Origin: the human T2T-CHM13v2.0 reference genome, Homo sapiens | DNA length: 64,000 nucleotides | NCBI RefSeq assembly: GCF_009914755.1 | Contig: NC_060929.1 | Reading direction: 5' to 3' (one strand) | Shown: positions 1 through 17,976 of the stretch, in pieces | How the letters are laid out: each line of letters begins with the position of its first letter | How positions within the stretch are numbered: the stretch's first letter is position 1 | Notes under the pieces: model-generated | What the model saw: only the letters and a program-made list of their open reading frames with translations | What the model was told of the DNA's origin: nothing | Database searches by the model: none | Translations under genes and position numbers: made by a program

Positions 1-1056
1 GAGGCAAGAAAAACTTACAAGGGAGGTTGAGGCTGGCTTCATGCCTAAATGAATTAAAGCCAGGTGGCCACTCTCTCATTTATATATTCATTCCTTCACT
101 CATTTATTCAGCTTACTTTTATTGAGCACCTCTTACATGACTGAAACTGTGTAAGTAGTGGTGATATTATGTCAAATTAGACATAGTTCTTCTTATGTCG
201 ATGGTTCTTGCTGTGTCTCCCTGAATAGTTCCTTTGCCAGAGATATCCTCAACTAGCTGTCACAGTGCACAAGTACCTTGGCTGGGTGAAACAATGGTAG
301 CTACCAGGTATTGAGAGTTAGCTATGTGCCAGATACGGTGCTAGGCTCTTCCCATGTGCTGTCTTGTTAAACCCTCAAACCAAAGTGCTGGCATTACAGG
401 TGTGAGCCACCATGCCCGGCCAATGCGATACTGTCGTGAAAAGTATTTTCTTTTGGTAAAGGCATTAGGTAGCTTCATGTCCTTAGGTAAAATGCATATT
501 TATCTGTGCATGGACGGTCATCAAAGTGTTATTTACAGTGTAGAAAAATCCTAAAATAGCCAAAATATATTGAAGTAAATTATAGCACAATATACTTGAA
601 GAATATTTAATGAATTGGGAAAATGCCGTGGTTAAAATGCCACTTCATAAAATGGTGATATTGATCTGTTTGATACTAATTTTATAAAACACTCAAATTT
701 GGCTGGGCACGGTGGCTGTAATCCCATCACTTTGGGGGGGCCAAGGCGGACAGATACTTGAGGTCAGGAGTTTGAGACCAGCCTGGCCAACATGGCAAAA
801 CCTGGTCTCTATTAAAAATACAAAGATTAGCTGGGCAGGTGGTGGGCACCTGTAAGCCCAGCTACTCGGGAGGCTGAGCAGGAGGATCACTTGAACCTGG
901 GAGGTAGAGGTTGAAGTGAGCCGAGATTTTGCCACTGTACTCCATTCTGGTTACCAGAGTGAGACTCCATCTCCATCTCAAAAAATAAAACAAGGCCGGG
1001 CGCGGTGGCTCATGCCTGTAATTCCAGCACTTTGGGAGGCCGAGGTGGGAGGATCA

Positions 1057-1251
<195 letters not shown>

Positions 1252-1606
1252 CTACAGAGTAAGACTCTGTCTCAAATAAAAAAAAAAAAAACTTCCCTCC
1301 ACATTCATAAATATAGAAAAAGGGATGAAAGCAAGTCATTAAAATGTTAAGTTTTTATTATTGGGCAGTTTTTGTTAGGTTTTGGGAGAGTCTTATTTTC
1401 TTTGAGCTTTTAAAGATTTCCCTATTTTCTACCTTAAAAAAACACTTTCCCCCCCTCACATTTTAGGACAATTTTCAAACATACAGAACATTTGAAAGAA
1501 TTTTACAGCAAGGCGAGGTGCTGTGGCTCACGCCTGTAATCCTAGCACTTTGGGAGGCCAAGGTGGGCGGATTACCTGAAATCAGGCGTTCAAGACCAGC
1601 TGGCTA

Positions 1607-1814
<208 letters not shown>

Positions 1815-2124
1815 TTACAGCAAATACCCATATACCTACTACGTAGATTATACAATTAACATTCTATGACACTTGCTTTATTACCTGTCTATCCATTCCT
1901 CTCTTTCTCCATCTTATTTTTTGATGTATTTCAGAGTAGGTTGTAGACATCATGTAGTTTTCCCTAAATACTTCATCATGCACGTTGTTAAAATTCAATA
2001 TTGGTTTACTTTCTTTCTTTTGAGGTAAGATTTACTTATGATGAAACACACAAATTTTATGGGCCATTTCATGGGTTCTGACAAATGCATTCACCTGTGC
2101 AATCCAAGCTCCTTTTCTTCACTT

Positions 2125-2206
2125 CCCCTTCCCTTTCCCTCCCCTCCCCTCCTCTCCTCTCCCCTCCCCTCCCCTCCCCTCCCTTCTCTTCTCCTCTCCT
2201 CTCCTC
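2125..2206. repeat. (CCCCT/CTCCT)n polypyrimidine simple repeat
   Basis: Directly visible. Confidence 0.9.
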
Positions 2207-3216
2207 TCAGCGTGGGGCTAACCCATAGGCAGTGTGCCAAGAGTAGCTATGTCCTAATTGTTTTCAGCATAGATTAGTTTTTCCTATTATAGAACTTCAT
2301 GTAAACTTCAGTGTGTAGTTTTTCTGTAAGGCTTCTTTTACTCAACGTAATGTTTCTGAGATTTGCCCATGCTGTTGTGTGTACAAATTATTTGGTCCTT
2401 TCTATTGCCGAAGGTGGTAAGAATGTACCACTGTTTGTATTCCCTTTCTCCTATTGATGGACACCTGAGCTATTTCCAGTTTTTGGCTTTATAACAAAGC
2501 TGTTAATTATCAATAGTCTTATACATGTCTTTTTGTGGATGTATGTTTTTATTTCTCTTGGATAAATATCTAGCAGTGGCATTTCTGGAATTTCTAGCAT
2601 AGGGGTATGTTAAGTTTTGTGAGAGACTGCCAAACCTTTTCCGAAGTGGTTGTACCCTTTTATACTGTCACCAATGAGGTAAGCAAATTCCAGTTGCTCC
2701 ACATCCACACTAATCCCTGATGGTGTCAGTCTTTTTAAAAAAAATGTAGCTTTCTCATGGGTATGTAGTGGCACCTCATTGTGAATCATGTATTATTTTT
2801 ATAATCAGAACAAAAAGCTTTATAAAAAATAAAACAAATGATGCCAAGGAAAAGAAAGACAGGACTGGAAGTAAATGAAATAGGATTAATGGTTCACTTC
2901 TCTTGAATTTCTTTTTTGTTCTACTTTGCTTGTTTCCAAATTGTCCAAACTAAACTTGTATGTCTTTTATGTAGAAGAAAACATATTTGTTTATTTAAAA
3001 ACGTACCCACAATAGTTAATACATTATTCCGATATAATTCAGTGACATTTTAGTGGCTGGTGACTTTAATGTGACAACTTAAAAAGTGGTGGGTTTTGGG
3101 CTGGGTGTGGTGGCTTATGCCTGTAATCCCAGCACTTTGGGAGGCCGAGACGGGCAGATCACCTGAGGTCGGGAGTTCGAGACCAGCCTGACCAACATGG
3201 AGAAACCCCATCTCTA

Positions 3217-3378
<162 letters not shown>

Positions 3379-3380
3379 TC

Positions 3381-3411
<31 letters not shown>

Positions 3412-4069
3412 GTGGGTTTTGAGCCTGGGCTGTATTTAGGCCTTACTGGTAAATAGTCTATGAGATTGAGCGAACCACTTTCTTTGGGCTTTGGTTTCTT
3501 CCTTTTTTTGTATAAATGGATTGGAATAGATACCAAGTCCTTTATCAGTTATAATGAAAACGTATGCAAAACAGTAAGCTCTTGAGAAAAAAAGAAATAG
3601 GGCAACTAAGCTTTGGTTGGGAACAAAGGCTCACTGCCTAGGGGTTTCAAGCTGAGTAAAAGAGTCATTTGCTGTGGAGCCCATGGATGAGGTCTAGGGC
3701 CACAGGAGACTGTGGGGTGTAGTGCGGAGAATGTGAGCTTCAGTCAGATGGTCCTGGGTTCAAATCCAGACAAAACCTTCTTCTCGCTCTTCGATCTTGG
3801 ACAAGCGGTTTAATCTCTTTGAGTCTCAGTTTCTGCATCTGCTAATTGAAGATAACAGCACCCTTATGTATGCTCTTGACTTGTGTGTGTGTGTGTGTAT
3901 TTGAAATCAGAAAATGTTTACAGGTATTATCATTTATAGAAGTCCTCCAGACAGTATTTTCTCCAGGAATGTAGTAAGCAAGTGAGAGAGGGACTTGAAG
4001 TAGTGGGGAATAAAAAGGGACCAGAGGGAAATTTAGAAATACGAATTATGGGCCGGGCACAGTGGCTCA

Positions 4070-4332
<263 letters not shown>

Positions 4333-4650
4333 CTAGAGATTATCTAGTGAAAACCCTCATTTTGCAGAGGAAAATAATATAAGGTTTAGGATTGATTACC
4401 CATGGAGATGGTGGTAGGGCTGATGTGGGGACCAAGGTTTTAAATTTTCCAATCATACTATAAGGCTTCAGTTAATTCACACTTTGACCCTGGCCTGGTG
4501 TCAATCAGAGGAAGTGAAATTTTTCCTTGCACATCCCACTAGGACCACTCGGCTTGGGGATTTTTAAATGCTGTAATCAGCAAGTGAACAGACACAAGCT
4601 GTCTAGGAGACTTGTCAGTGGGAGATTTAATACTTCTCTTCAATTCTTCA

Positions 4651-5116
<466 letters not shown>

Positions 5117-6075
5117 TCACTGGAATGTACAGGCTGCCCACTAAGGAATTTTCTGTGTATTAATTTCATCCATGAGGAGTTTCCTGCATTGTCCTGGGTT
5201 GCAGACTGAGACTTACTTTGATAACTATAAGATTTTCTCACTCTCAAAAGATAATGAATATCCCTGCCATATTAATTCACCCTAATCAATTTCTTTCAAG
5301 GTTGTTTACCACTAGTAGGGTGGCATTAACTTTTCTGCTTAATTTTAGAAAGAAAGATTTCTTTTCACAAAGCTAAAAATAAAGAGCTTAGACTCTCTCC
5401 TTTCAATCCCTCGTTTTTTTGGTCTGTAGAAGAATTTCAGCAATCTCTTCGGTGATTTTACTGTCTGAGGGAAAGAAAAGAAATGAAAGGAAAAATCATG
5501 CTCCAGCTTGAATTTTCTTTTGCTCCTGAGGTGAACCACTGTAAGAAGTCTTCTGGCCCGGTGTGGTGGTTCACGCCTGTAATCCCAGCACTTTGAAGGC
5601 TGAAGCAGGTGGATCACTTGAGGTCAGGAGTTTGAGACCAGTTTGGCCAACATGGTGAAACCCCATCTCTACTGAAAATACAAAAGTTAGCCAGGCATGG
5701 TGGCTCACACCTGTAATCCCAGCTCTTCTGGAGGCTGAGGCAGGAGGATTGCTTGAACCCAGGAAGTGGAGGTTGCAGTTAGCTGAGATTGTGTCATTGT
5801 ACTCCAGCCTGGATGATGAAGTGAGACTGTCTCAAAAACAAAACAAAACAAAAAAAGAAATAAGTCTTGTGTCCCTGCACACCACACACCTGCCCAGACT
5901 TTGCAAAGAATGCTCATGAGTCAGTAGGAAGTAAGAATATTGAACTATGCAGGGGAAGGCTATTTTCACAGGAGGATTTTAACTTGGACTCATTCACCTC
6001 TTATGAGTAAACCTCTTAGGAAACCTCTAAATTTTCCAGGATGTTTGATCGTAGAGAAGAGTAAAAGGACTCTAG

Positions 6076-6393
<318 letters not shown>

Positions 6394-7949
6394 TAATTTT
6401 TTGTATTTTTAGTAGAGATGGGGTTTCACTATGTTGGCCAGGCTGGTCTTGAACTCCTGAGCTCAGGCGATCCACATGGCTCAGCCTCCCAAAGTTGCTG
6501 GGATTACAGGCGTGAGCCATCACACCCAGCTCCCATCTTTATATATCCCTTAGGACCAGGGTAAGCTTCACACTGGAAGGAACAATTTCTACCAAGCTCC
6601 TTCAACTGAAGGCATAGAAAACACAGAAGAAACATTGATGCATTCTTGTGCTTTCCAACACAAATTTATTTCATAGAGTCTTTGCTACTATAAAGAAATT
6701 CTTTGAAGGCAAAACGTAAGAGAGCTTTGTTCATAGAAAGTCTTTTCTTCCCTTTGCTAAAGGCTCCTTGTTCTTTTGCTATCTCCACTCCCTGTTTGGA
6801 CTGCTTTGTTTATATGACAAAGTCAATATTGTACTCCACTTACTGACACTCATTATGGTAGGGAAGATTGAGTTGTAACTGGTGGCCCCAAAGGCAATGT
6901 GGCAGAATAGAAACTCCCAGAACTTGGTCTGATGCAATCAATTCAGGTTCTGGTTTTGCTAATGACTCCTCAGACCTCAGCATCATCAACCATATCTAAG
7001 AAAAAGATTACATTTCATAATGCACATAAGACATTTAACACATGGCCGGTCATAGAGTTAGTTCCCAGTAAATTCTAGCTGTAGTGCACATGAAAGTTTG
7101 TTTTACGAAATGTTTTATTCCTTAATAGGTGTGTGTGGTAGGGGAACTGGACTCTCGTAGGAACATGAGAGAGATGGTTGCTGAAAGTGGGGGAGGATGT
7201 AGGAAAAACAGTAGAATTTTGAAGACAAATATTGGCTGGTTCTTTTTCTGAGGGCTGACTGCTTAGCTGTGGTCACTGTGTGATGTGATAGAAAGGTAGT
7301 GGACTTTGAGGAAGACAGATTTGGGCTCTAGTTTCTATTCCGTTGATTTCAGTTGTGCAACTTTGTGTAAGCTTCTTAATTATATCTCTCTAACAAGCTT
7401 GTTGTGAAGATCAAATGAGATAATGTAGAAACAGATTTAGTAGAGGGACCTAAGTTTCCTGTGCCCTTCTCAGTCTCCCACACCTGATATTGTGAGAGTT
7501 TGACTGGAACACTGGAAAGGACTCCATTCCCCGTGTGAAACCAACCCCTACAGAAGCAATTAAGGCAGCGTGAAGCGTGAAGAAGTTGGCAGAAGCCTAA
7601 GAAACCATAGAGGTGCCATATTTGGTGTTGCTAACATTCCTCACAATTGGATTATTCTATTCACAGATTATTACCAATATTAAATAAATCCCATTGAAGA
7701 GAATGGCTGTAATTGGTTCCTAGTTGTTGCTTTGGGATAAAAGTTGACCCATCTATTCTGAGAATGGCCTATTTGAGGCAGTATCTACAATTTGCCCAAA
7801 GAAACTGATATATTAGTGAAAATTCACTCTATATCTTGGTTGTAGAGTCTGTGGAAAGCCCACTCAAGCAATCTGGCAGGTTTTTGTTTATGAACCCATG
7901 GGGTATTTTGGTACCATGTGAATACCAATTGCATGCACAGGTGTGCACA

Positions 7950-7954
<5 letters not shown>

Positions 7955-7990
<36 letters not shown>
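7955..7990. repeat. (TG)n microsatellite
   Basis: Directly visible. Confidence 0.95.
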
Positions 7991-7992
<2 letters not shown>

Positions 7993-8539
7993 CGGGGGGA
8001 GACAGGGAGAGAGTGTGTGTGAGTTTGAGTTTAAAATCATGATGCACCTGGGCGCAGTGGTTCTCACCTGTAATCCCAGCACTCTGGGAGGCCGAGGCAA
8101 GAGGACCACTTGAGCCCAGGAGTTCAAGACCAGCTTGAACAACAAAATGAGACTCCTGTCTCTACAAAAAATTAAAGAATTGGCCGGGCCCAGTGGTGTG
8201 TGCCTGTGGTACCAGCTACATGGGGAGGCTGAGGGAGGAGGATCACTTGAGCCCAGGAGGTCAAGGCTGCAGTGAGCCATGATCACACCACTACATTCTA
8301 GCCTGGGCAACAGAGCAAGACTTCATAGGAAGTAGTATAGCTTCTATCTTTATTTATTTATTTATTTATTTATTTGATTATTATTATTTTTAAGACAGAG
8401 TCTTGCTCTGGTGCCCAGGGTGGAGTTCAGTATCATGCTAAGGGCTCCTGCAGCCTTGAGCCCCTCGGCTCAAGTGATCCTCCCAAATTGGCCTCCCAAG
8501 TAGCTGAGACTATAGCTACATCCCACCATGCCTGGCTGA

Positions 8540-8677
<138 letters not shown>

Positions 8678-8796
8678 TGAATTATTTAACAGGTGTTAAC
8701 TGGGTACTGATGATGAGCCAGGTACTGCACTGGGATGATGTTAAACAGATCAGATGGCCTTGTCCTCTCTGATCTTACAGATTTTTCCCTTCTTAT

Positions 8797-9623
<827 letters not shown>

Positions 9624-10756
9624 CTTGCCTTTTTGCTTCAGCAGTTTTAAGTTGCAGACCTTTTATATTGTGAGTTTCCAGTGGTTGGTTCAGCAAACAG
9701 GAAATGGGAAGTTTTTCCAGATGACAGAATTGTGTTTGCTCCAGAAGCTCTGCCTGTTTTATGTCATTGGGCCTGTGCCTGGACTTTCAATGGATTGTAG
9801 GATGTATTTAATTCATCTGTTTTCTCACCTCCTGGCACCATGCTGGGTGCACTAAATGTCTAGCACTTAATCTAGGAGATGTACACTTGGCTCAGGCCCT
9901 TTTTGCAAACAAGGCAACTTTCATGGGAAGTGGCTTTTCTATTACTTAGCAAATTTAAATATGTGTAACTACTTTCTCCCTAGTAAAAATGGTTGCTACA
10001 AAGTGCTGGTGCTGTATTCACATGTGCCATGTATACATCAATTTTTCTTAGATCCAGAAAAATGGTACAAATGTTGTATGCAGGAATCTTTCTTAGATTA
10101 GGAAGAAAATCTGACAATTCTAAACTCTCAATATTTACCTATTCTTGTGCTTGTCTGAAACAGTAATTCTTATCATTTTTGTTGGAAAATTTCCTCTAAA
10201 GAATAGAGAATGCTGTTTCCTAATGTTTTGGACTTAATTTTGTGGCCTCTGTCTCTTATCTGCTGGGGAGAGAGAGGTCAAGACTGAGTGGGTAAAGGAG
10301 GAAATAGCTACCAGTCTTTGGAACAAAAATCTTGAGCATGAGAAAGGGAGATCCATATTCTCTGCCTTCTTGACCTAAGGCCAGAGAAAAACAGTTTCTT
10401 CCATTCATCTGATGTTTAGAGATCCTCATAAAAGTGAATCTCTTGGCCAGGCACAGTGGTTCATGCCTACAATCCCAGCACTTTGGGAGACTGAGGTGGG
10501 CGGATCACTTGAGCCCAGGAGTTTGAGATCAGCTTGGCCAACATGGTGAACAACCCCTCCCATCCCCCACTATCTCTGCTAAAAATGCAAAAATTAGCCA
10601 GGTGTAGTGGTGCATGCCTGTAATCTCAGCTACTCGGGAGGCAAAGGTTGCAGCAAGCTGAGATTGTGCCACTGCCCTCTAGCCTGGGCAACAGAGTAAG
10701 ACTCTGTCTCAAAAGAAAAAAAACGTGAGTCTCTCTCTCTTTTTTTTTTTTATTGA

Positions 10757-10939
<183 letters not shown>

Positions 10940-13347
10940 TAGCCAGGATGGTCTCGATCTCCTGACCTTGTGATCCGCCCGCCTTGGCCTCCCAAAGTGC
11001 TGGGATTACAGGCATGAGCCACCGTGCCCAGCCTGAATCTCTCTTTTTAAAAGGTGCTAGCTGAACATGTTGATTTCATGCTATTTTTGAAATCTAAGGA
11101 ATAGAAAGTTGAACCTTTTGAAATGGCTTACATGGCCCTTCGGGAACTGGCTGGCTCTTTTCCCTACCTGTCCAGCCTTATCTCTCATTATTCTGCCTCT
11201 TAGTCTTCCAGCCATACTGAATTTTTTCTGTTTCTGTAAAATTCTGAGTATCTCAAGCATCTTAGCCCATACCTGACTCAGCCTGAACCATACTTTCTTT
11301 TCTCCTTTGTCCCCCTCAGCTTTACCTTCTGACTCCTACACGAACTTCAGCTTAGAGGTCACATCCTTGGGCTAGTTCTCTGTGATACAGCACACTGAAC
11401 TGTCCCCCTGCAACTCAGCTCTTACAAACTCTATGCCTGGTGCCCTCTTGCTGTCTTTCTCCGCTGCTAGACTCTAAGCACCAGGAGAGCATTGCACAGA
11501 GGCCCGTGTCTTTTTTGTTCATTGCTTTCCCCATCATGGCTGGCACTTCCTTCTAACAGACTGGCACTTTGCCCATAGGCCAAATTTACCTCAGTCAGCC
11601 TTTTATACACCACCATTTGTTTTAATTGCACAGTTGTACATGACTGAGCAAACGGCGGACGGGTACCTGTAATCAAACAGTCCGGAGATTTTAAGCACTT
11701 TCGTTCATTCTTGGAGCAGTTACTGAGCTTTGGCAATGGGTAATTTAAATTCTGGACAATGAATTTTCAAGCCGCTTCAATGGCTACATTTTGAGAACAG
11801 CAGAAAAAACCTGACCCTTTGATAATTAGACTGAATCAGTTTTCATAATTCTACTTTATGTACTAGAATGGTTAGCAAACTTCATTACCAGCAGCCTGAT
11901 AAGAAAGCTTTTAGCTTCTAATATAGATCTTGTGAGTAATTTCAATTTGCAACCCAACTAAAGCCACTTTGCATGGCAGTGTTTCTTAGACAAGATGATC
12001 TTATAGTTTCATCATTATAAATAATTTCAAAGTAGGCGCAGGAAAAAGCATACAATTAGCATCTTGTCTATGTATGTTTGATCCAGAGAAAGGACAGCTG
12101 ACTGTTGGAGTTGAAAGCAGCCACCATAAACCCCTACAACCTAGCAGCTTGCATTTGCTGAAATTGTAAATTGATATCTTTTCTTTTGCTCTGTATATCT
12201 GGAACATTGCCAGAACCCAAACAATGCTTAGCAATTAAGGAAAACTTATCTTTAAGAAATTTCCAGAACAGACATGTGACTTATTATCTGACAAGGGCTC
12301 AAAGCATCCTGGGCTTCTCCCTTTTCTAACACTCATAAATTACTTGTCAATGTCTCTTTAACCCACGGTTAAAGCCCGGAAGCTCCATCAGGACGGAGAT
12401 CATGTCTGTCTTTGCCACTGAATCCCCAGCACACAAAGGAGGCACTTCATAAATATTTGTTGGATGGATAGCTGAATGACACGGATGAATGAAATTCCAA
12501 AGTGATATATTGGTATATATGCATTTTTATCTTTGGCAGCTCAACCTAACTCTGTTCTGAGTTAAAACTCTATTGCTTATTTGGAAAATTGCTTTGCATC
12601 GGCTTCAGTTACTATGGATACATAATAAACCACCCCAAAACTTATGGCCTAAGACTCAACAACATTTTTTTTTTCCCTCACAGATATGCAGTTTGAACTG
12701 GGTTTGGTGGAGAAAGCTCATTTCTGCTCTTCTTTGTGTTGGCCGGGGTAGGTAGGAGGCTGGAGAGTAGAAATATTTGGATGCTGCTCCTAGCCTAGGC
12801 TCGGAGCCTTGAATGGCCAGGGACTGGATCAAGCAGGGATCCTCAGACATCTTTCTCGAGCTTTATGTGATGTCGCTAAGTAATCTCTCCTGAATGGTGG
12901 CTTCAGGGTAATCAAACTGCTTACGTGATGGCTCAGGGCTCCAGAGGTGTGTGTACTAAGGACAGAGAAAAAGCCACATGGAATTTGCATTTCATTTTCT
13001 TTTTCTTTTTGAGACAGAGTCTTGCTTTGCCGCCCAGGCTGAAGTGCAGTGGCGCAATCTTGGCTCACTGCAACCTCCACCTCCCAGGTTCAAGCAGTTC
13101 TCCCTGCCTCAGCCTCCTGAGTAGCCAGCATTACAGGTTCCTGCCACTATGCCTGGCTAATTTTTGCATCTTTAGTAGAGATGGAGTTTCGCCATGTTGG
13201 CCAGGCTGGTCTCAAACTCCTGAACTCAAATGATCCGCCCACCTCGGCCTCCCAAAGTGCTGGGATTACCAGCGTGAGCCACCGTGCCCGGCCCTTTTTT
13301 TTTTTTTTTTTTTTTGAGACAAGGTCTCACTCTATTGCCCAAGCTGA

Positions 13348-13494
<147 letters not shown>

Positions 13495-13870
13495 TAGGCT
13501 GGTCTTGAACTCTTGGACTCAAGCAATCCCCTTGCCTCAACCTCCCAAAGTGCTGGGATTACAAGCATGAGCCACCATGCCTGGCCTGTATTACTTTTGG
13601 TGATAAGCCTCATAAGTTGCACAACATCCTTCCATTGCCTTCTATCTCTTTGAAGAAGTCATTGTGGCCAGCCCATAATCAAGGGGAGGTTGAATTGGAC
13701 TCCACCTTTTGTGGGAGCAATGTCAATGAATTTGCAAATATGTTTTAGAACCTTCACTCACCCGATCACTGTTCTGGAAATTTGAAATAACCTGTGATCA
13801 AAATCAATAAAGTTGCGACTTGAATCCTTATTCTGAATGAGACAGGAACTACTGCAGAGAAGAAAACCTA

Positions 13871-13949
13871 TTAGGTTGGTGCAAAAGTAATTGCAGTTTT
13901 TGCCATTACTTTTAAAGGCACAAAACCCAATTACTTTTGCATCAACCTA
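13871..13949. mobile_element. MADE1 (Hsmar1-derived MITE), palindromic, miR-548-like hairpin
   Basis: TTAGGTTGGTGCAAAAGTAATTG...CAATTACTTTTGCATCAACCTA inverted termini, about 80 bp, flanked by TA (13869-13870, 13950-13951). Confidence 0.93.
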
Positions 13950-14348
13950 TAGAATATCATTGTCACTTCTTACATACAGGGATGAAGATGAGGGTTTGAG
14001 AGAGGATCCTTCTCACAGCAACATAAAGCAAAGCATTACAAGTCCTCAAAAGGGTGGAATTTTGAGCTGCATTTCTGTTCTTTGAATGGGTGCAAGTGGG
14101 AATCTTGCGAAAGGGAAGAGACGTAACAGATGATGTCAATATGGACATGAGTCGATACACGATTTGCTTGTATTTCAAGCTTGTGCCCTCATTGCTTCTT
14201 CACTCTGTTCTGGCTTGTCCCCTCTGAGGCCAGGTTGGTTAGAAACTTGCCACTGATTCTCCAGTTGCTGTTTTTAGACCTTACTTCCCTAGCTCCTCCC
14301 ACAATTGTGTAAAGTATCATTTCTATCATAAATTTAATAAACGTTTTA

Positions 14349-14732
<384 letters not shown>

Positions 14733-14847
14733 TCATATTACTTTATAAAAAATTCTTTTTTTGGCATAATGTAGCTTGAATGGTTGTTTGCTATCTGCAA
14801 TATGAAGCCTCAACTAGGATGGCAGCTATAAGCCATGGGATGATTTA

Positions 14848-15153
<306 letters not shown>

Positions 15154-15204
15154 TCAGTCTGGGCGACAGCAAGACTCTGTCTCAAAATATATATATATAT
15201 ATAT

Positions 15205-15518
15205 ATTTCAGGGCAAAACACTTCAGTTTCTTTCAGGGCCTGCTCTCTGTCATGTGATGCTATACTAGAGTCAGGTTGGAATTGGTGGTATCTTATTACT
15301 ATAAAGAGTCTGTTCTGTCTCAAAATCTCTGTTTTAATGTTAATGCTGGTCAGTGTTCCCTGAATTCCAAAGGGAGGAGAGCATAGTGAGGCATATTCCA
15401 TCCTCCACTTCCATCATGGCCCAAACTGGATTTTCAGGTTTACTTTGGAATACTCTTGGCAAAGGGTGGAGCATCCGTCAGTCAGTTGTGGGGCTTAGAA
15501 TTTTATTTTTGGTTTATA
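15205..15518 (-). mobile_element. ERV1 LTR fragment, MER4 family
   Basis: Minus strand begins TATAAACCAAAAATAAAATTCTAAGCCCC, matching the MER4 5' end as I recall it. Confidence 0.7.
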
Positions 15519-16099
15519 CCTGATTGAATGAGTGAGGCTATATTCCAATGTAACTTTATTTACAAACACAGGCTATGGGCAGAATTGGGCCTGTGGGTCT
15601 TGGTTTGCTGACCAGTGCTCAGAGGCTAGCAGGCATTCTGTAAACGTGGACCTGAGGGAGGAAAAATGCTGTGCAATGGAAACAATGACTTTCTGGAAGA
15701 GCAGAGAGGGTAAATAAAACAAGCAAGTGTGTGAAAGAAATAAGAGCTGACCTGCTTAAAGTCTAATATTATGCAATAGGAAAGATGTCAGAGAAAAAAA
15801 CAGGAGGAAAGAGGAGAAAATGTTAATATCTAAGAAACTGAGATTTAAGTAAAATTATTTGTGATTTTTTTTTCTTTTCTGTGGTGGGAAATGGAAATGT
15901 GTGCTGCAAAAGGTATGATTTGTTTTATGATGGAGGGGTGCAAGCAATATCATGTTTTTACATTATTTTAAAAATAGTAAATCTGGCTCAGGCTTCACTT
16001 GCCAAGGTTGACAAGGTAGATGCAGTCATTTGTGTGTTTCCATGGGCCAGGGAGGCAGGGGTTCCCTCTCATTTCCTAGTTTGGTTTGAGATCGCATGG

Positions 16100-16717
16100 T
16101 ATTGTAGGAGTTATTAAGACATTATTTTAGGCAGATAGAGAGAAAAAGGGGTCCTTGGGAAGTTTTCGTGTTTTAAAGCATCTCTGGAAATTTTCTTGTA
16201 AAGCCCTGGCTCTTCGAGCCAGGCAGGCAACCTTTGATTTGCAAATGCAGGCCATTAGAAACTGGGTCCACCCAAACATGGTGATTTCCCCCCTCTTCTT
16301 GTCCTTGCCCCACATGTAGCTGGCAACATGACCGCCCCCACATATCCCCACGTGTGTAGAACATCATGGCACCCTTCATTTGCGTATTAAAAGGCTAGGG
16401 TGGAAGGGCCAGCTTTTTCGCGGGCGACGTGAATGACCTGCCTACTCAAACCAATCCCCTGAGACCTATGCAAATTAAACACTGCCTCCTCTAGCCTCTG
16501 TATATTTGTGGCAGGTGGGGTTCCCTCTCTTGGCTTTGGAATCCCACTCCCTCTGTCTCTGTACAGGGGAGCTTTTTCCTTCTCCCTTCCTTCTTGCCCC
16601 TTCTTGCCCATTAAACTCTCCGCTCCTTAAAACCACTCCACGTGTGTCCATGTTGTTTTATCTAACTCAAGACAAGACAAGAGCCCTGGTGTTCCTCCAC
16701 TCACGGGAGGCTTATCA
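16100..16717 (+). mobile_element. ERV1 solo LTR (LTR9-like)
   Basis: TATTGTAGGAGTTATTAAG...CTTATCA bounded by 4-bp TSD ATGG (16096-16099, 16718-16721); internal CCAAT, ATGCAAAT and ATTAAA. Subfamily is from recall. Confidence 0.75.
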
Positions 16718-17191
16718 ATGGCTTACGCAGTCTAGAAAAATGGCAAAGGTTTCTGGCACTCAAGGCGAGATGGTCACTATGGTGTCCAGCTCTGCTATGG
16801 GATTGTTGCTAAGGCTTCTGAAGCCACAGCACTTGGGACTCAGGCCTCAGTCACTTCTCCTGGGTGAGGAGGCACCAACTCTCAACCCGAAGCCGGAGGA
16901 ATCTTACCTCAGGTTGCCCTCAAAGCACCAAAGCATCACCCAGCCAGTCCTCACCACTCTGGAACAACATAGCTACTTGCAAAGTAGTTGTTCCTAGACT
17001 GTTTTGCCCAAATCCCTCTGAGCAGCCAGCTGAATATGACCCTATTTAGAAAGGACGTATCTCCACTAAAGGCCTGACCCCTGGGCAAGTCCTTCAGGAT
17101 GCCAAGTCTGATCTGGGGATATAATCAGGGTGTTCTCCTGGCCCCACTGCTGTCAGCTTTCTTTTTTGACCCTGGAACAAATGCCCCTCAG

Positions 17192-17976
17192 TGAGAGACA
17201 GGCCTAGCTGAATTTCCTAGGCTAAGAATCCCTAAGTCTAGCTGGGAAGGTGACCGCTTCCACCTTTAAACATGGGGCTTGCAACTTAGCTCACACTTGA
17301 CCAATCAGATAGTAAGGAGAGCTCACTAAAATGCTAATTAGGCAACAACGGGAGGTAAAGAAATAGCCAATCATCTGTTGCCTGAGAGCACAGCGGAAGG
17401 GACAATGATCAGGATATAAACCCAGGCATTTGAGCCGGCAACGACAACCCCCTTTGGGTCCCCTCCCTTTGTATGGGAGCTCTGTTTTCACTCTTATTTC
17501 ACACTATTAAATCTTGCAACTGCACTCTTCTGGTCCGTGTTTTTTATGGCTTGAGCTGAGCTTTCGCTCGCCATCCACAACTGCTTTTTCCACCGTCATA
17601 GACCCGCCGCTGACTTCCATCCCTCCGGAACCGGCAGGGTGCCTTCTGTGCTCCTGATCCAGCCAGGCGCCCATTGCTGCTCCCGATTGGGCTAACGGCT
17701 TGCCATTGTTCCTGCATGGCTAAGTGCCTGGGTTCATCCTAATCGAGCTGAACAGTAGTCACTGGGTTCCACGGTTCTCTTCTGTGACCCACGGCTTCTA
17801 ATAGAGCTATAACACTCACCGCATGGCCCAAGATTCCATTCCTTGGAATCCGTGAGGCCAAGAACCCCAGGTCAGAGAACACAAGGCTTGCCACCATCTT
17901 GGAAGTGGCCCGCCGCCATTTTGGAAGTGGCCCGCCACCATCTTGGGAACTCTGGGAGCAAGGACCCCCGGTAACA
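17192..17976 (+). mobile_element. HERV-W solo LTR (LTR17), full length
   Basis: TGAGAGACAGG start and CCCCCGGTAACA end, TSD TCAG (17188-17191, 17977-17980), CCAAT boxes, TATAAA at 17415-17420, ATTAAA at 17506-17511. Confidence 0.93.

Noticed and set aside
16718-17191. Unique-looking segment between two LTRs with a 163-aa ORF and an RFX-like GTTGCTAAGG
   Set aside because: The ORF starts inside the LTR and resembles no protein I know; a single motif is insufficient.
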